Origin: Basidiobolus meristosporus CBS 931.73
Lineage: Eukaryota; Fungi; Basidiobolomycota
Reading direction: 5' to 3'
Length of the DNA: 64,000 nucleotides
NCBI GenBank assembly: GCA_002104905.1
Contig: MCFE01000408.1
Location: forward strand, 16,008-80,007
The translations under genes and the position numbers were made by a program. The notes beneath the pieces are model-generated. The model did not search any database and was not told the origin of the DNA. It saw only the letters and a list, made by a program, of their open reading frames with translations. This document shows, one piece after another, positions 24,431 through 36,000 of the stretch. Positions within the stretch are counted from its first letter, which is position 1. The number at the start of each line of letters is the position of its first letter.

Positions 24431-25481
24431 AAATGATATCTTAAGATTTTTTAACCCTAACCCTAAAATCTGGTTGAGAGTCTAGAGAAAATTGGAATAT
24501 TTCGAGCGTTTCAGTCTGACATAATTCCGTCCTAATCAAGAGTGGGGAATCAATTGGAATTCTAATCAGTATCAGTATATTAGTGCATGTAATGATTTTG
24601 GAGCACCTAACCATGAACTCAGGCGTAGCATTAATCAATGATCTTGCGCCGGTGATGGTGCATAATCGCCAACCCCACCCAAACTTCAAGGATGGAAGCA
24701 GCGTAACTAGGGCGCCACTCGCCCTCCTGCTATACCAGGCAACACTCGAAACTTCCAGCTGGGAGCCCAAGCCTACCTTCCTACTGGGCAGAGAAATGAC
24801 TGCTACAAAGGCCTGCTATGGCCAACCTCAAGAATAATGCAACAGCGCTGGAGCACATGGCAGATTCGTTATGCAGTTGCCTCGATCTGATATTTGTGGA
24901 AGTAGGTGGACTCCAGCAACAGTTGGCTATCGCTTCCTAGCTAATCGAATATATATTTAGCAGGATGCCGTGGGACGAGCCAGCAAATTCTGGCATTCAT
25001 GCTCCCCCATTCCGTACGAATCGTGATTCCGCTTGCTTGTTTCAGTATTGTCAACAAACCATCTTAGATACTGTGCTATCCAATCCACAAACATCCGATA
25101 CAGAAGGCAACCGCCACATGGCCAATCAGGTGGCCAGCAGGAGGATCCAGCGATGGATGATTTGTTTATCGTATCGACATATAAGTTCAGCGTCTATATT
25201 TACGCTGATTGATGTCATTGGTTTCATTGGTTTGGTGTAAAAGAAATCAGCATCCTGCACCTAGATAATCCAGATTTTCCGACCATCCTCACGTTCGTTT
25301 CGTTCGATAGGCATCCCACTAGCGACGTTTCGTGTTCTACGACCAGGAATATCTTCCGAGGCCCTTGAAAACCCATTTGAAATAGGCTTCAGTCAATACG
25401 AGCAGGCCCACCTAATACTGAACCACCCACCCTATACCGCCCCATTTACTTTCCGAACTTCTGAAACTTTTTTGCGAAATC

Positions 25482-28160
25482 ATGTCTGGTACTGTTTCCC
25501 TAGGGGGCGCCCCGCCGTTAGCAGATATATATGATTCCTCCCAGCTAATACGGAAAAAGCATTCCTCCTCCTCCTTCTCCGACTCTGAAGAAGAAAACAA
25601 CCCTCCTGAGGACGAACACGTCACAGACAGCCCTTTCGACACTAAAACCTACCCTACGAAGCCAACCACACCTACCCGCGCGTTTTTAAGCTCCACTTTC
25701 TCCCACGCAAACCCCCTGTTAACCTCTCCAACCGTCAAAAAACCCACGTTGCCAACCTCGCCGCAGCATTACTCCTCTATGGTTCGCCAGCACAGTGCCA
25801 ACATCCACTCCATTTTCAATAAGCTCAACACCCTGAACGAGAAGACCAGACACGATGACAAAAGATCCTTCCTTCATTCCATTAAAGGGTTAGCCTCTTG
25901 TTAGATGTAGCGTCTGCTCCCCACCATACGGCACGCAGCTAATGAGCTCCACTCGTTTCTAGCCACATGCGCAAAAATAGCAAGGACAAGTTCTCTTCGT
26001 TGTTCGATCCATTCGAAGGAGGCCCCTTAAGTGATACTTGGTAACAGTTCAGCCTCTTCTCCAGTCAGTGACCTTTTAGATTGACCTTTTCTAGGCGAGG
26101 CTCTCCGCTACAGCCTTTTTCAGCTGACGACGTTCATCGCTCCCCCATTACTTCCCCCCATAGCCCCCTGAAGAGCCCGACCCTCACATCATATCCGACC
26201 TTCAACAAACTTGCCTCGCACTCCAAGAGGAGGTAGGTGCACGTTCGGGCCAACCTTCCTCTACGCTTATTCACCATGTCTCCTTTCAGGCTCACCCATG
26301 ATAACACGGTCGAGGAGCTGGCTCGAGAGATGGAGCAGTACTACTTTCAGAACAACCAGAAGATCGAAAGCTACATCGACCAAATCGCAACGCTCGAGGT
26401 ACTGCCGGCGACCACGGGTGTTTTCGTCGCATCGACTAACCGGATCCTTTGCCCTCCCATGTAGAAACAAAAACGGGACGCAGTTCTTGAAAGCAAGCAA
26501 TGGAAAAAACAATGCATCTATGCCGAGAATAAGTTGCACAGCCAGGAGCTGGAGTTTCAAGGTACAGCGTGGGTAGGATCCACGGCGTCTTCATTTCAGG
26601 GACTAACCCAGCACGTGTAGAGGAGATGCGTAACCTGAGTGAGCAGCACCAGAACGACCTGGACATGATCAAAGGGATTCACCGGAAGAAGTGTAAGCAG
26701 TACGGGGAGATCATCAAGAAACTGATGGCCACCAACGAGGCATTTCGCGCCCAACTTCAAGAATACGGGATCGTTCCAGGTTAGAGGCCATCATCATGGA
26801 TCCCACGGCATCCAAGCACATCATTTAACGCTTTCTCACTCTTCAGTTACCGCCAACCCTGAGGCCGAGATGCTGGTAGAGACTCAAGAGTGGGCCGAGG
26901 ACCGGGAATTCATTCAGGTAAATACGGCTCCTTCGAAACGGGATTTGTACTGGGGAGCTACCGGCTAATCTGTCTTTTGTCTGCCAGCAAAAACTAGCCG
27001 CGATCGAGCAGCGGAAGTTGGCGTCGAAGTCGGAGGAAGAAATGGCGGCAAGTATTGAGGTAGCGTCATTCTCGTGTAGTCATGTTTCAGGGTGGAAATC
27101 GCTCACATGGCTGTAGTACATTACTCTCGCTCTAGGAATGGAGCTACGTCAGAATCAGGCGGCTCGATGCCAGAAGGCGCCACAAGCTGCTGCACCCCCC
27201 TTGGTGCCTGCGTCTGGACCTACCATGACATCAGCGAAGTTGAAAACGTTCGCGCGGAAAAGATCGTCCCACTTGGAGTCCCACGAAAAGCGCCCGGACA
27301 ACTATTTTAGCCTGCGGATTGGAAAAGAGCGCAGGAGGGAACTTGAGAGGGTTACCACGATCTACCACAAGACGGATCATCGTAAACTAACCGATGACTC
27401 GTTACATCTCGGGCAGTCCGTTGATGCGGACTCATTCTCCGATGATAGCGAGTCATCCGCAGATGAAGCCAGCATCCCGCTTCAATTCATCACAACCTCC
27501 CGTGGGCGATTGGACCGACGTTCGAAACGGAGCATCAATCCGCTAACCTCGACCACGCGAGCGACAGCTATCACTACGCCTGCAGTTGGCGATGAAACTG
27601 CGGAGGACCAGATGTCAGCTTTTCAGTTCAAACCAACCGAGGTGCCTTTAAAGCCATTGGGCCAGGGCTCGAGCAAAGCATCAGGTGAGAAGCCTTCCAA
27701 AATGCTCGTCCCAGCCGAGGTGGATGACACACCCCTGTGTCCAAATTCCCACACTAACCCTTCAGCGAAATCAGCTGCAAGTACTGAGGACGAGGTCGAA
27801 ATGACACCCGCTGTAGAGGAGAAACCCCTCACCACCCATGACCCTTGTATCAGAGATGCTAGCGTCTCTACACCCCTGGCCTCCAGATCAAGGACCAGCA
27901 CCAGCAGCATCGCCTCAAGTGTTTCGCCAAGCCGATCCGTATTTGCCAAGAATAGGAACCCAATCCGCTCTGCGTCTCCTTGTCAAAGAACCGCCAACAG
28001 ATTAAGCATGCTCAACTCCTCCCCTGGCAACGGGCGCCTGTCGACTACCCCGGAGCAATCGCAGCATCTACTCGCCCAGCGTAAGAAACCACTTCCAAAG
28101 ATCCCCGAAGCCAAGTCGGAGAATACACCGGACATCCAAACGGATCAAGACACTCAATGA
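25482..28160 (+). CDS. Hypothetical multi-exon (~9 exons) protein with a central coiled coil and Ser/Pro/Thr-rich disordered termini
   Basis: A chain of short GT-AG introns with ctaac/ctaat/ttgac branch sites. The exon phases join in frame (RLTHDNTVEELAREMEQ..., EEMRNLSEQHQNDLDM...). The last donor site is ambiguous. Confidence 0.72.
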
Positions 28161-28637
28161 AGCGTACTCGCCCGAAACTCTACCATTCGAGCCATGGAGG
28201 CTTTCGAGTCTATCCGTCTACGTACATGAGCCTCCCGTTGTGCAAGGTGTAACTTAATAATTTTGACCCATCTATTCCATATTTGTTATTGTATCACGTG
28301 TATTTTTGTTTATCCACTACTATCGGCACAATATCCGTACTCTTTGGCTGGGGGTAGATGGCCAGCCGATGGTTTGTTTACTCTCGGGAGCGTACGAAAG
28401 TGTATAAACCCTGGATCTTGAGAAATTCATGCTTGAATATCATCTCGAATCCCCAGTTCAAGCCCTTTGAGCTGACAGATATAAAGAATCCCGGTGTATA
28501 TACATGTGTATATATATACAACCGAACATAACTCAATTTATTGATACGCAGCAGATAGATATAAACAAACTTCCCAGCATTAAATAACCCTCATCTGAAC
28601 TATTCTATGAATTCCAACAGCCCTTGGCCCAGACATT

Positions 28638-29817
28638 TCAGCCGTGTGTGCGGTTGGTTATGTGTTGGTACCAAGTGTGGTGGTGCCCAGACTCCACGCT
28701 TTCGTTTCGAACCCGAGGAAACCCTTGGCAGAACTTGTGTACCATGAACTCCAGGAGTTTCTCCCGGACCTCACACTCCAGCTCCTTCAGAGCCTCCACA
28801 TTGGTCGCACTCACTGAGCACTGGATCTGCACGTCGCTCCCGGTTATCTTCGCTACCTTGAGACTGGCCACCTGCTTGTCCCACAGTGAAGAACCCTCAA
28901 CAACCTCCAAGAATTTTTCGCGCAGCTTTGCAACGGGTACCAGATAATCCACGGAGAAGGTGACTTCCCCCACTCGATGCTCGCAGCCCCTACTCCAATT
29001 CTGAAAGGCCCCACCAATAAACCGTGAAAGCGGGATTATATGCTGACTCTTGTCCACCGCTTGCAAGACCACGTAGAACCCGCGTATCTCCACTACATCA
29101 AAACCAAATACCAGTCAGTTCCTCTCCTTCATCTCAGTCAAATGAAAACCCGAACCTATCCTGCCGAAACAGCCGTCCACCGTCACGTAGTCGAACAAAG
29201 CGAAAGGCTCGGACCAGGAGACTTGGAGACCGGCCACAAAGTTCTCCAAGGTGGTGGTGAAGCCTCTGCCGAGAGTGTTGCTGAATACCACTAGCCCCAC
29301 CAGGCCACTGATTCCCATCTCCCACGCCTTCGGGATGGTCATGATCAGCGAAAATAGGCCTAGACTTCCGACCACCAGAAGACTGAGCTTGCGAAGGGCC
29401 AGGGAATCGTGCTTCAATTTGATAGTCTTCGGCTCGGCCCGCGGGAACAGTCCAAGCACAACACTCCCCAAGAGCCAGGTGATATTCAGAATCAGTGCTA
29501 CGGAAATCAAATGTCGCAGGATCGCATACCAGTCACCCCCAATGCTGCTCAGCAATGGGAATACCAGATGGATTGCGAACAGAGGGCAGCCGAAAATCAA
29601 CGGGTAGTGGCTAGACAGCAATGGATAGAGGGGTGAGTAGCAGCCTTTCACTCGCGTGGCAAGTAACACAGGCTTACCAGGATTCAATAAATTCGGGGCT
29701 CAGGATACACTCAGGATTTTGGGCCAACTTCCTGAGCACCAGGTACACGCATAGGTAGAGCGGCACTGACACTATCACCGCGCAAAGTAGTATGATTGAC
29801 GCAATCCAAAGGTCCAT
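28638..29817 (-). CDS. mscS: Small-conductance mechanosensitive channel (MscS family, bacterial-type), 3 exons, ~349 aa
   Basis: Exons 29678-29817, 29156-29610 and 28638-29092 total 1050 nt, in frame. Introns are GTAAGC..TAG (67 nt) and GTTCGG..TAG (63 nt). Motifs LENFVAGLQVSWSEPF...GRIVEIRGFYVV...IIPLSRF...FQNWSR...VDY...LWD...CEVREKL. Confidence 0.88.
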
Positions 29818-30320
29818 TTCAACAAAGATGTGGACCTGTGCGGAAAGCCTTGGAATACTTATAGCTTTACGGGCAGGCAATTCCAAGTGGAGGCATTTGC
29901 GGGATAGAACCACGCATGTGTAGACAATGATATTCGAGACGGTGTGCCGGTCGGAGGTATAAGGTATACCGCGATTGCAGCCAGTCAAGAACCACCAGAA
30001 TTCCCGGATTAACCGGCTGTCCGTTGCGCTTTCGGAAGAAGCCTGGTGGAAGTTGGGGGATCTTGCGTCCCTATGGAAAAGAATCGGATGCGTGAACGTA
30101 CATTTCGAGGTCAGGTAACCCCAATTTTATTTGCCAAACAACTATTCTGATGGTGGTTGTGCATAATCACATCTTCCGCATACTTCAGGCACATAGTGTG
30201 CTTATGGAAGTAATCTCATCGGCATGTCCATGAACACCCTACTAATGTCATGTTCCCTCTAGTCATGAGCACATGGGATTGATCGTATGGTGTTCTTGGG
30301 AAGAGAGGAGGGCGCCCCAT

Positions 30321-31038
30321 TCACTTACATTCGATTTCATGGCAAACGTTGTGATTGGAGCCCTCTTCTGCTAGGCTTTCCACTTCCATTGCTGCTGTAG
30401 AGTTCTGCCGCCCCGATGGCACCGTTTGAGCTGCTCCCGAATTCCTGGTGATCAAGAAAACACTGAAGATCATGCCCAGACAGCCAACCCCTCGCTCCCA
30501 TGTCAGCGAACGCTTGTTCACGCCAACCAAGGCAAAATGGTCCATCAACATGGTAATGATGATCTGTGTAGGCACCACCACCGCAACGTAATTTGCAGCC
30601 CCAATCTTTGGGATGCTAACCACCTGAGAGAAAATGTATACTACACCCAACACTCCGCCAATCCAGCCCCACCATGGGGCCCCTTCGCAAAGAAGTTAGT
30701 AGGGTTGTTGCGCCCATGTTCGACTGATATCACCCACCGTGGAAAGCATCGGAGCTCAGAGCGGGGTGTGTATTGGCTCGAGTTTCAACCATAAAGTACA
30801 ATAGAAGGGGCATTAAACCGACTCCAAAGGATGTTAATGCGGCAAAAGACTTCGCCGTAAGTCTTCCCAACGCTCCGTTGCACGCTATTTGAGGGATCAT
30901 GATTTGAGAAAACAGTGGGACTCTCATGGCTCAGGCCAACCGACAAAACCAAAATGACAAACCAGCTTGAACGGCAAGACCACACCCGCTTAAAGCCAAC
31001 AGAAAGGCCAGAAAAAGGAAGTTATCCAACACGGACAT
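30321..31038 (-). CDS. DMT-superfamily small transporter, YdcZ/DUF606-like, 3 exons, ~194 aa
   Basis: Exons 30963-31038, 30738-30884 and 30321-30682 total 585 nt. Motifs GCGLAVQ..NGALGR, SFGVG, PWWGWIGG, QIIITMLMDHF and RGVG. Confidence 0.8.
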
Positions 31039-32083
31039 CGAAGAAACCCACCTGGAGTTGGCGGACACCTGGTGGAGCTGGTAAGGTGGGAAGGGGACGT
31101 CTTCGGAAGAGCAGGTTGCAAATCCTCCATGAAAAGGGGATCAAGCACTGTCGGTTAATTATACCATTTTGGCCGACAAGTGACCTGAAATCCACCATCC
31201 GTCCGTACGCGCGGTTAAGCGTATCAAGTTTTAGTGGCCATCGAGATCGATCGCAGTTTGTGTTTCAAATATCCTTCTTGGAATCAGGATTGGACAGCGC
31301 TCGCGAGTCCATGCAACGGCTTGCCAATCCCGTGATGTAGCCTAGTTGATGTGCACTCTACCTGAAGTACGCAATGATGCAGTATTTCATTTGTAATCAT
31401 CACACATCAATTTCGAAGGTCATAGGAAGCATGGGCCCATTGCATTGGCTAGCACCACATCTATATGTATCCATGCCTAAATATCATATTAATAAAGCGA
31501 TGGGATGAGATCATTGTCCGCACCAGGCCCACTAAGCATGGACTCCTCAACCTATACGGACGAATCGAGTAGTTGCCAATCCTCAGGGAAGGTACGTATT
31601 CTGCGGACTGTCAATCCACTCTGGCAATCCGTCTATACTAAGCTAAAAATAGAATGATTCCTGCTCAGGCTCTTTGCTCCTACTGCAAGGAAGAGACATC
31701 GCCATGGAATTATTCCAGAAGCGGAGAATACAAGGGGCACCAACACCACTATGTAGCAGAGAATTCTTAAAGCAGTTTACCTCGTGTTACAACACCCATT
31801 GAGGCAATCCATAATAAGCTGTGCTAATTAAGGTATCCTACAGCCAATTGGACCAATCACCTCGCCATCAACCCTCATCCCTCATGGGAACATCAATCAT
31901 CATGGAAGCAATCAATCAAGCACAATAACGCAATTATTTATAGAAATCATTAAACGCTCCTTTATCAATTCAACATCCGGGTGCCAATTGGTCGCTTTCC
32001 AATTAATGAATTTCGCTGTGGCCTCGCCCATAAATACCAGACGTGGGTTGGCGGTTTCTAGCAATTCCTAGCTTGCATTCAAC

Positions 32084-33091
32084 ATGCGCACTTTTCACTT
32101 GTTGGTCTCCTGTGCACTCGCGGTTGGTTGTTTTTTCGGCCCCGTCACCGCTCAGTCGACCACCACCCCATCTGCTTGTAACGGTGCTGCTGCCCTTTGC
32201 AACCGCAAATATAATGAAGTTGCCTATGCAACCACCCACAACGCCTACGCTCTATCCCCCGACACGGCCGGCAACCAAAACAACCCAATTGCAAAGCAGC
32301 TTACCGATGGAATTCGTGGGCTAATGTTGGATTTGCACAAGTCGAACCAATCGAGCGCCATCCACCTTTGCCATACATCATGCCAGGTCCTTGATGCCGG
32401 GCCTTTGACCACGGCCCTTAGTGATATCAAAAGCTTCCTGGACAAAAACCGCAACGAGGTGGTGACCATCTTCTTCGAGAACGCCGACAACTTCTCTGCG
32501 AAGGAAATCACCGCTGCATTCACTCAGACTGGCCTTCAGAGCTATGCCGCCACCTTCACCAACCAGACTCTTCCCACCTTGGCCAAGATGATCCAAGACA
32601 ACAAGCGTTTGGTCGTTTTCACCGACTCAAACGCCGACCCCAAAGCCTCCCCCATCATCATGGACGAGTACAGCTACGTATGGGAAACTCCCTTTTCCGT
32701 GGGACTGAACGGCTCCTTTACTTGTTCTATCGATCGCCCCAAAGATCAACAGAAGGCCATGTATGTTCTAAACCACTTCATCTACGTCGAGCTAAACCTC
32801 CAAGGCAGCAACATTCAAATCCCCGCCGCCAACTACGCCACCACCACCAACGCCCAGTCGTTGGCCAACCATGCCAGCCAGTGCAACCAGGAACGCAACC
32901 AGATGCCGAACTTCATCGCAGTTGATTTCTATGATGTCGGGAACGTTTTCCAGGTGGTCGCCAACTTAAATCAGGTCCCCTACACCGCTCCCTCCAAGGG
33001 GACTACCGGGGACAAATCCACGGCCGCTGGTTTCGGCCCCCACTATTTTGGTCTCTCGGCCTTCGTGCTGGCCAGTGTGCTACTCTATTAA
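32084..33091 (+). CDS. Secreted, probably GPI-anchored PI-PLC X-domain-like phosphodiesterase
   Basis: N-terminal signal peptide. Motifs THNAY, QL.DGIRGLMLDLH, LCHTSC, EVVTIFFEN, NHF and PNFIAVDFY. Hydrophobic C-terminal tail. Confidence 0.88.
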   Translation: MRTFHLLVSCALAVGCFFGPVTAQSTTTPSACNGAAALCNRKYNEVAYATTHNAYALSPDTAGNQNNPIAKQLTDGIRGLMLDLHKSNQSSAIHLCHTSCQVLDAGPLTTALSDIKSFLDKNRNEVVTIFFENADNFSAKEITAAFTQTGLQSYAATFTNQTLPTLAKMIQDNKRLVVFTDSNADPKASPIIMDEYSYVWETPFSVGLNGSFTCSIDRPKDQQKAMYVLNHFIYVELNLQGSNIQIPAANYATTTNAQSLANHASQCNQERNQMPNFIAVDFYDVGNVFQVVANLNQVPYTAPSKGTTGDKSTAAGFGPHYFGLSAFVLASVLLY

Positions 33092-36000
33092 TCCCTAATA
33101 ACGAACCCACCGTCATGATCATGTAATTTTACAATCAGCACAACGCAAATTAAATGAAATCATTTGAATCATCCAGCCACAGCAACCACCGAAATTTGTA
33201 GGCCCGTGGCACCTTGGTGTCTGATTGCAATTTGGAGGTTCCCATATTGGTCAGCATCCGTTGGGGTGCGATTCGAGGAAGCTGATGTTACATCCATTTA
33301 TGTGAGTCAGTCGTAGGTTAGCGGGCGCCATCTGTGTCAGTTTGCCAAATGAGAGGTTCATTACACTCGATATAACGGAGTCACAACACCTGTGTAACCG
33401 CCAAGTTTCATTTTCCAGCCAATTTGATCCATCTCCACCAGGAATGTCAATCGGATTCCTTGGCGAAGGATCTCTCAGCAGTGTCGGCAGCTGAATGCAA
33501 GTGTTGTCGACGCAGAGGTGCCCAGAGATGAGCGGACAGGCATCTTTTGACAGATGCGTGTCCAACAGTATTACCATGGTTGGTAACTTCAACATAGAAA
33601 TGGTTTGTATCCTGTGACTGCGATTGTTGGCCATGTGATGCTCAATCCGGCCCGGCAACAAGGTGGCTAATATCGACTGGCTCTGGCCGGCAGGTGCAAG
33701 TGCTTGGATAAAGCCACTGATCCATCAAACCATTGCAAATTGTTTGGCTGGTCGTCAATCAGTTCGGCACTCTATGCATGATTATTATTGGAATGCAACA
33801 CTCATCTATTGCAGTTTGGCAATAAATACATGTAGACATCCAGTTTATAGTACCTGCATCTTCGATGGCATCTGGGTATATTGTGGGTGATTCAGGCGTC
33901 CAGTAAGACCGCTATAACCTTCAACCCACTCCAGAGGAATTCAGGTAGACTTCTAACCCAGTACATAATGTGAATCATATGTTCTATTTATAGCGGGGGC
34001 AGGGCTCCGTTACACCAGGCTTTACTCTTTGGTGCAAGTATCTACCCTGTTAGAGCATATATACGGGGTGAGTAGATCGCCGTCAGGTTTCTGGGTGCAT
34101 GTCGCTTTAGAAAGAATAGCAATGGATTGTTCATATGTGTGGTAATATTGGCTGGAAATTGAGCCGCTTGGAGATTACATCAAAACAGCGATTAAAACCA
34201 TTTGTATTGGGGTGAGGTACAGAGCTATTTAGCCTTGACCAATGTACCACATCTAATATCACAGCAGCCAGACTCTCTCGTGCAAGCAACTATACTCCCA
34301 CCAGCAGCTAGTTTCTAGCAGTATGTCACGCCTTAGGCCTGCTCTGAGGATCCTAGCCTACGTCGTTTCGTCATTTTCGTCATCATCCCAACCAATTGGA
34401 TCCGTACGAGTAATCCATGCGACCGTAGCTTCTGGCGGAAACTGAACCTTGACTGGCATGCCGCAATGGATATTAAAAAGTCCATTCATGCCCCACCGTG
34501 GAATGATGTCGGTGCAGTATTCTCCAGGAATACTCGAGTCAGGATTTCGGAAATAATCTTGACTTGAGACACGGAACATCTGTACCGCCGACTTGATCCA
34601 TCAGGATTGGTTTAGAAATCAGGTGACCAGATCGCGCCTCATTTTAGATTGGGAGCTCTGCCAACATCGACTGACAGGTTTGTTGGCGACGCCTCTGATG
34701 TTTGGTAAAAAGAAAATGGAGAAACCCCACGGAAACCCTACCTCCTAGAGGCCGCAGAGAAATAGAACCCAACAGCCCAAACATCTCCGGATATTCTCTG
34801 CCTTTCTCTTGGATGCTAGAGTAATCAGACACTGCTAGCTTCTTAGCTGTTGATTGCATAAGGAGAGTCTGGACAGGACTTGAAAATACCTACCGAAATA
34901 AGTCACTAGCTGCTTGGATTAAACGTTCCAATCTCACTTGCTGCAGTTTTACACGGTTATGTTGGTGGTGAAGGCAATTCAATTTTAGTCTCTGTTTCTA
35001 CAAGCTACCCCAGCAACTCAAGTTTCAAATGTGCTTGATTCATGTCAATGTCCCATACAGTGGGCTGCAGTCAACTCGCACCATATTCCGGAGTTCATGC
35101 ACCGTTAAGTGACATTTGTAAAGCAATAGTTGTTTGTAAAGTATTCAACGTGTGTGTGAGTAGAGAACACATCATAGCACTTGATCATTCCGGAATTCAT
35201 ACTTGGTCACTTACCAATTTCCAAGAATTGATGAAAGCACTGAATGCATACAACAGTCTCCAGCATTGTGTTAAATACATGGCTTAAAATTGAATCACTC
35301 ATGCACGATCACTCCACACCTGGTCAGCGTGCTTGATATATATATATATACAAACACCAATCTTGCTAAATGTGCCAACATCCAAAGGAGAGGAAAAATT
35401 GAAAATGCAAAAAGCCTTTTTCTATGCATGCGGCCCTTCAGGTGCTTCCAGAGCATATTTAGCCTGACCAAGTACTCTATTCCACCATTTCTACCAAGTA
35501 TCCTCTGGCACTTCCATACTGAACACCAACATTTGACACATTTCGCATGCAATTTCTTTGAGTTTCAATGCGCATCTTCGATCAATGTTTGAGTAAAGCT
35601 AACAGTTCTTATGAAACTTGGGTAATATCAATCAGATGAATATAATTAAGAACCATTCAGATGATGGAAAAATACTGTTGTAAATTTTGCATTCACCCAT
35701 AAGTAGTTTCATCAACAAAGTTCTCAGGATTTACATTAAAATTTTTCTGCCAGAATGCCAGATACCCTGAATATGATGTTTCTCAAGCTTGCCCAAAAGA
35801 CCCCAAACTTTGCACACCTGTTGCAGGGAATCTTGTAGATATGATCTATGTGTTGCTTTTCATGGCCTGGGTTGGGTATGAATGCCACTATTACACCCGA
35901 CGAAACTCTAGGTGAAGACCACATCACCAGGTGAAAATGCACACTTGTGATGTTGGATAACTTATCAGTTCAATACACGCAATAGCCCAATCAGTATCAA

